From an uncultured Bacteroidales bacterium (GTDB lineage Bacteria; Bacteroidota; Bacteroidia; Bacteroidales; UBA1402), in the NCBI GenBank assembly GCA_964488495.1, contig CAZAUQ010000002.1, forward strand, positions 14,486 through 78,485: a stretch of DNA of 64,000 nt. The letters run 5' to 3'. The notes below the pieces were generated by a model, which did no database searches, had not been told where the DNA came from, and saw only the letters and a program-made list of their open reading frames with translations. Both the position numbers and the translations under genes were made by a program. Of this stretch, positions 61,398 through 64,000 are shown in pieces; position 1 is the first letter of the stretch, and every line of letters begins with the position of its first letter.

Positions 61398-64000
61398 TCG
61401 CTTTTTAATAACACACCCTTTCCTTTTTTGCCATCTGTTTTAAAAACCAGGGGATTTTTAAATCTTAAATGCTTCAGGTACTGGTTTTCGAACAAAGCCG
61501 GATATTTGTACAAATAGTCGTAATCAAAATAATTATAGGCAATGTCGTTATTGGGTAAGCTGTAGTAATGGACTCCAAACGAAGTGAGGTTTTGAAAAAA
61601 GTGCGTACCCTGACTGGGATCAATCTGATATTTTCTTAAACCTGTTTCAACTATCAGCCGGGCATTGCTGATTTGAGGCCAGCGCACCGGGATCCCAAGC
61701 CAGGAATCGCTCGATCCCCAGCGTCCCGGGCCGATCAGAATGTAATTACGTCCCTCATCACCGAGTTGCTTATTCATTATTTCAATTTCGTAAACGCAAA
61801 GTTGATTGTTGGACGAACTAAACAATTCAGGCTTGATAAAGATTAGGTCGTAAATATCGTCCACTACGCCCTGCCCCAGTGCGGAAATCGTTCTTATAAG
61901 CAACTGATCATCAGGGATCTCGTCCAGATTATCGTCCATCATTTCTTTGCTATCCACAATAGGACGAATCTGCAAGAGATAAAAATACTTTTGTTCAGGG
62001 CTGTCGTCTTCTTCGTGTGGGTGGAGATCGACTGCAAATTCAATTTCGATGGGCCGTCCCATTTCCTGTTCTCCCCATTTCAAAACATTGGATAGTATTT
62101 CTGCCAAAGGGAAAACATCGTTTTGAAGAATGTGGGCAAAGGAGATTATTTTGCGTCCTCCTTCCCACAATCCGTCCCTTATCACCTGATCATTGGGATC
62201 AAAAGTAGAGGCTAGCAAATTGAGGTTGCCGTCTTTTTCGGCCTCATTTACCGGCAGCTTTAGTAAGTTTTGGCCGTCGTCAACTTTGAGCTGGAAGGAT
62301 TTGTTTTTCAGATCCAGAGCCAGAAAATGCGTCTGTGTTTCACTCAGAGCATAATTGAGCGAGCTCATTTGCAACAGGTGTTTGGGATGTTTGGGCGAGA
62401 ACCTCAGCGTAGTGCCGCCGTCAACAATGTATTTGCCTAAACCCAGGGCTACATTGGCAATTCCGTCACCTGCTTCTTCTTCTCCGATGGGATAATAATT
62501 AAGGGACCGGGCAACTCCCGAGAAGGTTGGATAAAAACGTCCCTCGTATGCGGTGCCGCAAACCTCTTCGAGAATAATAGCCATTTTTTCCTGGTCAATC
62601 AGGTTAGAAGTAGCTTTCATATAAGCCTTGCTTTGTTGAAAAAACACAGAAGCATAAACCGCTTTAATGCTGGACTTCAACATAATCAACATTGCTTCTG
62701 GTTGCTCGTTGTAGGGGATCATGTAGGTAGAATAAATTCCGGCGAAGGGCTGATAATGTGCATCTTCGAGCAAACTGGAAGAACGTATGGCTATGGGTTT
62801 TTGGACAACATCTACAAAGGCAGTCAGGTTTTCGAGCAGACGGGGAGGCAGGGCGGAGTTGAGAAAATGCTCCAGAATAATTTCGTCTGACTGATCCGAC
62901 ATGGCCAGGTCGTGCAGTTGGTTATTTTCCATGAATTCATCGAAAACATCGGTACACAAAACCAGAGTTTTGGGAATACCAATATGCACGTTGGGGTAAT
63001 TCTTTAGTTCCGGATGTCTTTTAAGCATGATATCCATAAAAGCCAGGCCTCTGCCTTTGCCCCCCAGTGAGCCTTCGCCGATGCGGGCAAAATTGGAATA
63101 CTTGTCAAAGCGGCCTTTTTGGAATTCTGCCACAATGCCCTGATTTTTAACTCTGCGATAGAGAACAATGGCATCAAAAAGCATTCTGCGTACCGGAGCA
63201 GTGTCTTCATAATCCTGGATGAGAACGCCTTTCATAAAGCGGGCAATGGGGAACATGGCTCTGGAAAACAACCAGCGCGAAGCGTGATTGCGTTCAAAAT
63301 GATAACGCAAAGAGTCATCGGGAATATTGAAAATGGCCGACTGTAATTCCTGTATGTTGTGTATGCGAGCCACTTCTTCGCCGGTCTGAGGATTTTTAAA
63401 CACAAAATCTCCAAAACCAAAGGTATCGGTCAGTAAACGTCTGAGTTCTTTGGAATAGGTTTTGGAGCCTTTTTGAATAAAACCCATTTCGTTTTGCTCA
63501 GCAAAAGTCCGGTTGGCTGCTTCGGATGAATTGATAATGATAGGAAGCACCTTGTCGTATTTTCGTAGCTCGTTGCACAAGAGAAAACCGGCGTTTTGAT
63601 CTTTTTTACCCTCCTTCACAAAACTTACATCCGAGATGACACCCAGCATATTTTCTTTGTATTTATCGTGTATTTCTTTGGCCTCCTCGTAACTGCGAGC
63701 CAGCAAAATTTTGGGTCGTCCTCTCATTCTGAGGGTACGTTGGTGAGCATTCAGGGCTTCAGTGGCAAAATTTCTTGATTGTTCCAACACATATTTATAA
63801 ATATCCGGCAAAATGGAAGAACAGAAACGGATGGAATCTTCGACCAGCATTATTACCTGTACACCTACAGAGAAAACATCTTCTTCGGCGTTCATTTTAT
63901 CCTCCATGAGCTTAACAATGGCCAACAGTAAATCGGAGTTGCCCAACCAGCTGAATACATAGTCGATGGCGCTGGTGTCGGCATTAGCCAGGTATTGCGA
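61394..64000 (-). CDS. receiver-domain-containing PEP/pyruvate-binding (PPDK_N, ATP-grasp-type) protein; the 5' end lies beyond the window
   Basis: The reading frame stays open from 63946 to 64000 (…SQYLANADTSAIDYVFSW-LGNSDLL), so the TTG in the track is not the start. The REC-like blocks are VIMLVEDS, GVISDVSF, PIIINSS and FIQKG. The PPDK_N blocks are GEGSLGGKGRGLAFM and IRSSSLLEDAHYQPFAGIYSTY. A conserved-looking C-terminal region (LIGPGRWGSSDSWLGIPV) follows. Confidence 0.65.
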   Translation of the reverse strand, partial: SQYLANADTSAIDYVFSWLGNSDLLLAIVKLMEDKMNAEEDVFSVGVQVIMLVEDSIRFCSSILPDIYKYVLEQSRNFATEALNAHQRTLRMRGRPKILLARSYEEAKEIHDKYKENMLGVISDVSFVKEGKKDQNAGFLLCNELRKYDKVLPIIINSSEAANRTFAEQNEMGFIQKGSKTYSKELRRLLTDTFGFGDFVFKNPQTGEEVARIHNIQELQSAIFNIPDDSLRYHFERNHASRWLFSRAMFPIARFMKGVLIQDYEDTAPVRRMLFDAIVLYRRVKNQGIVAEFQKGRFDKYSNFARIGEGSLGGKGRGLAFMDIMLKRHPELKNYPNVHIGIPKTLVLCTDVFDEFMENNQLHDLAMSDQSDEIILEHFLNSALPPRLLENLTAFVDVVQKPIAIRSSSLLEDAHYQPFAGIYSTYMIPYNEQPEAMLIMLKSSIKAVYASVFFQQSKAYMKATSNLIDQEKMAIILEEVCGTAYEGRFYPTFSGVARSLNYYPIGEEEAGDGIANVALGLGKYIVDGGTTLRFSPKHPKHLLQMSSLNYALSETQTHFLALDLKNKSFQLKVDDGQNLLKLPVNEAEKDGNLNLLASTFDPNDQVIRDGLWEGGRKIISFAHILQNDVFPLAEILSNVLKWGEQEMGRPIEIEFAVDLHPHEEDDSPEQKYFYLLQIRPIVDSKEMMDDNLDEIPDDQLLIRTISALGQGVVDDIYDLIFIKPELFSSSNNQLCVYEIEIMNKQLGDEGRNYILIGPGRWGSSDSWLGIPVRWPQISNARLIVETGLRKYQIDPSQGTHFFQNLTSFGVHYYSLPNNDIAYNYFDYDYLYKYPALFENQYLKHLRFKNPLVFKTDGKKGKGVLLKSD

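Noticed and set aside
1-64000. I looked for CRISPR arrays, rRNA operons, prophage, IS or transposase genes, toxin-antitoxin pairs, and restriction-modification or other defence islands.
   Set aside because: I found no spaced direct-repeat array and no rRNA-like sequence. I found no integrase, transposase, capsid, terminase or nuclease-helicase gene signatures. Coding density and gene content are those of core chromosome.

Overview
This 64-kb segment reads as ordinary core chromosome of a member of the phylum Bacteroidota. The evidence for that placement is: TAnnTTTG -7 promoter boxes 11-61 nt upstream of most first genes and both tRNAs; no Shine-Dalgarno sequences; a lipoprotein-type TamA homologue; a T9SS C-terminal sorting domain on a pectate lyase; and a GDE-GT4-GH57 alpha-glucan cluster. 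I call 50 protein-coding genes (2 truncated by the window edges), 2 tRNAs (Arg-TCT, Leu-TAG), several intrinsic terminators and about 25 promoter boxes. Gene content is mainly housekeeping: panCD, recF, ribH, dnaX, ileS, lspA, fabD, prs, glyQS, parC and rubrerythrin. The rest is alpha-glucan metabolism, a few pectin-active CAZymes, and a glycyl-radical enzyme with its activase. I see no CRISPR array, rRNA, integrase, transposase, phage or toxin-antitoxin genes. I cannot honestly point to a clear multi-gene novel system. Six things seem most worth a second look. (1) An A10 slippery run in dnaX at the domain III boundary, with immediate stops in both alternative frames, which is a candidate gamma-subunit recoding site. 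(2) A 186-bp element of 64% GC between tRNA-Leu and rubrerythrin. It has 27-bp terminal inverted repeats, a 7-nt flanking direct repeat, UUCG-capped hairpins and a consensus promoter box just upstream, so it is either a MITE or an independent structured ncRNA. (3) A GH105 - activase - glycyl-radical-enzyme operon. The GRE has eliminase-type motifs, but the activase lacks the auxiliary ferredoxin-like Cys clusters. (4) A membrane-anchored LytTR protein preceded by 20-bp tandem repeats and a perfect palindrome. (5) That LytTR gene converges, with overlapping stop codons, on a receiver-fused PPDK_N/ATP-grasp protein of unknown role. (6) Smaller oddities such as a Cys-poor DksA and a stand-alone cNMP domain. 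All functional calls rest on motif recognition by eye. No database search was run.
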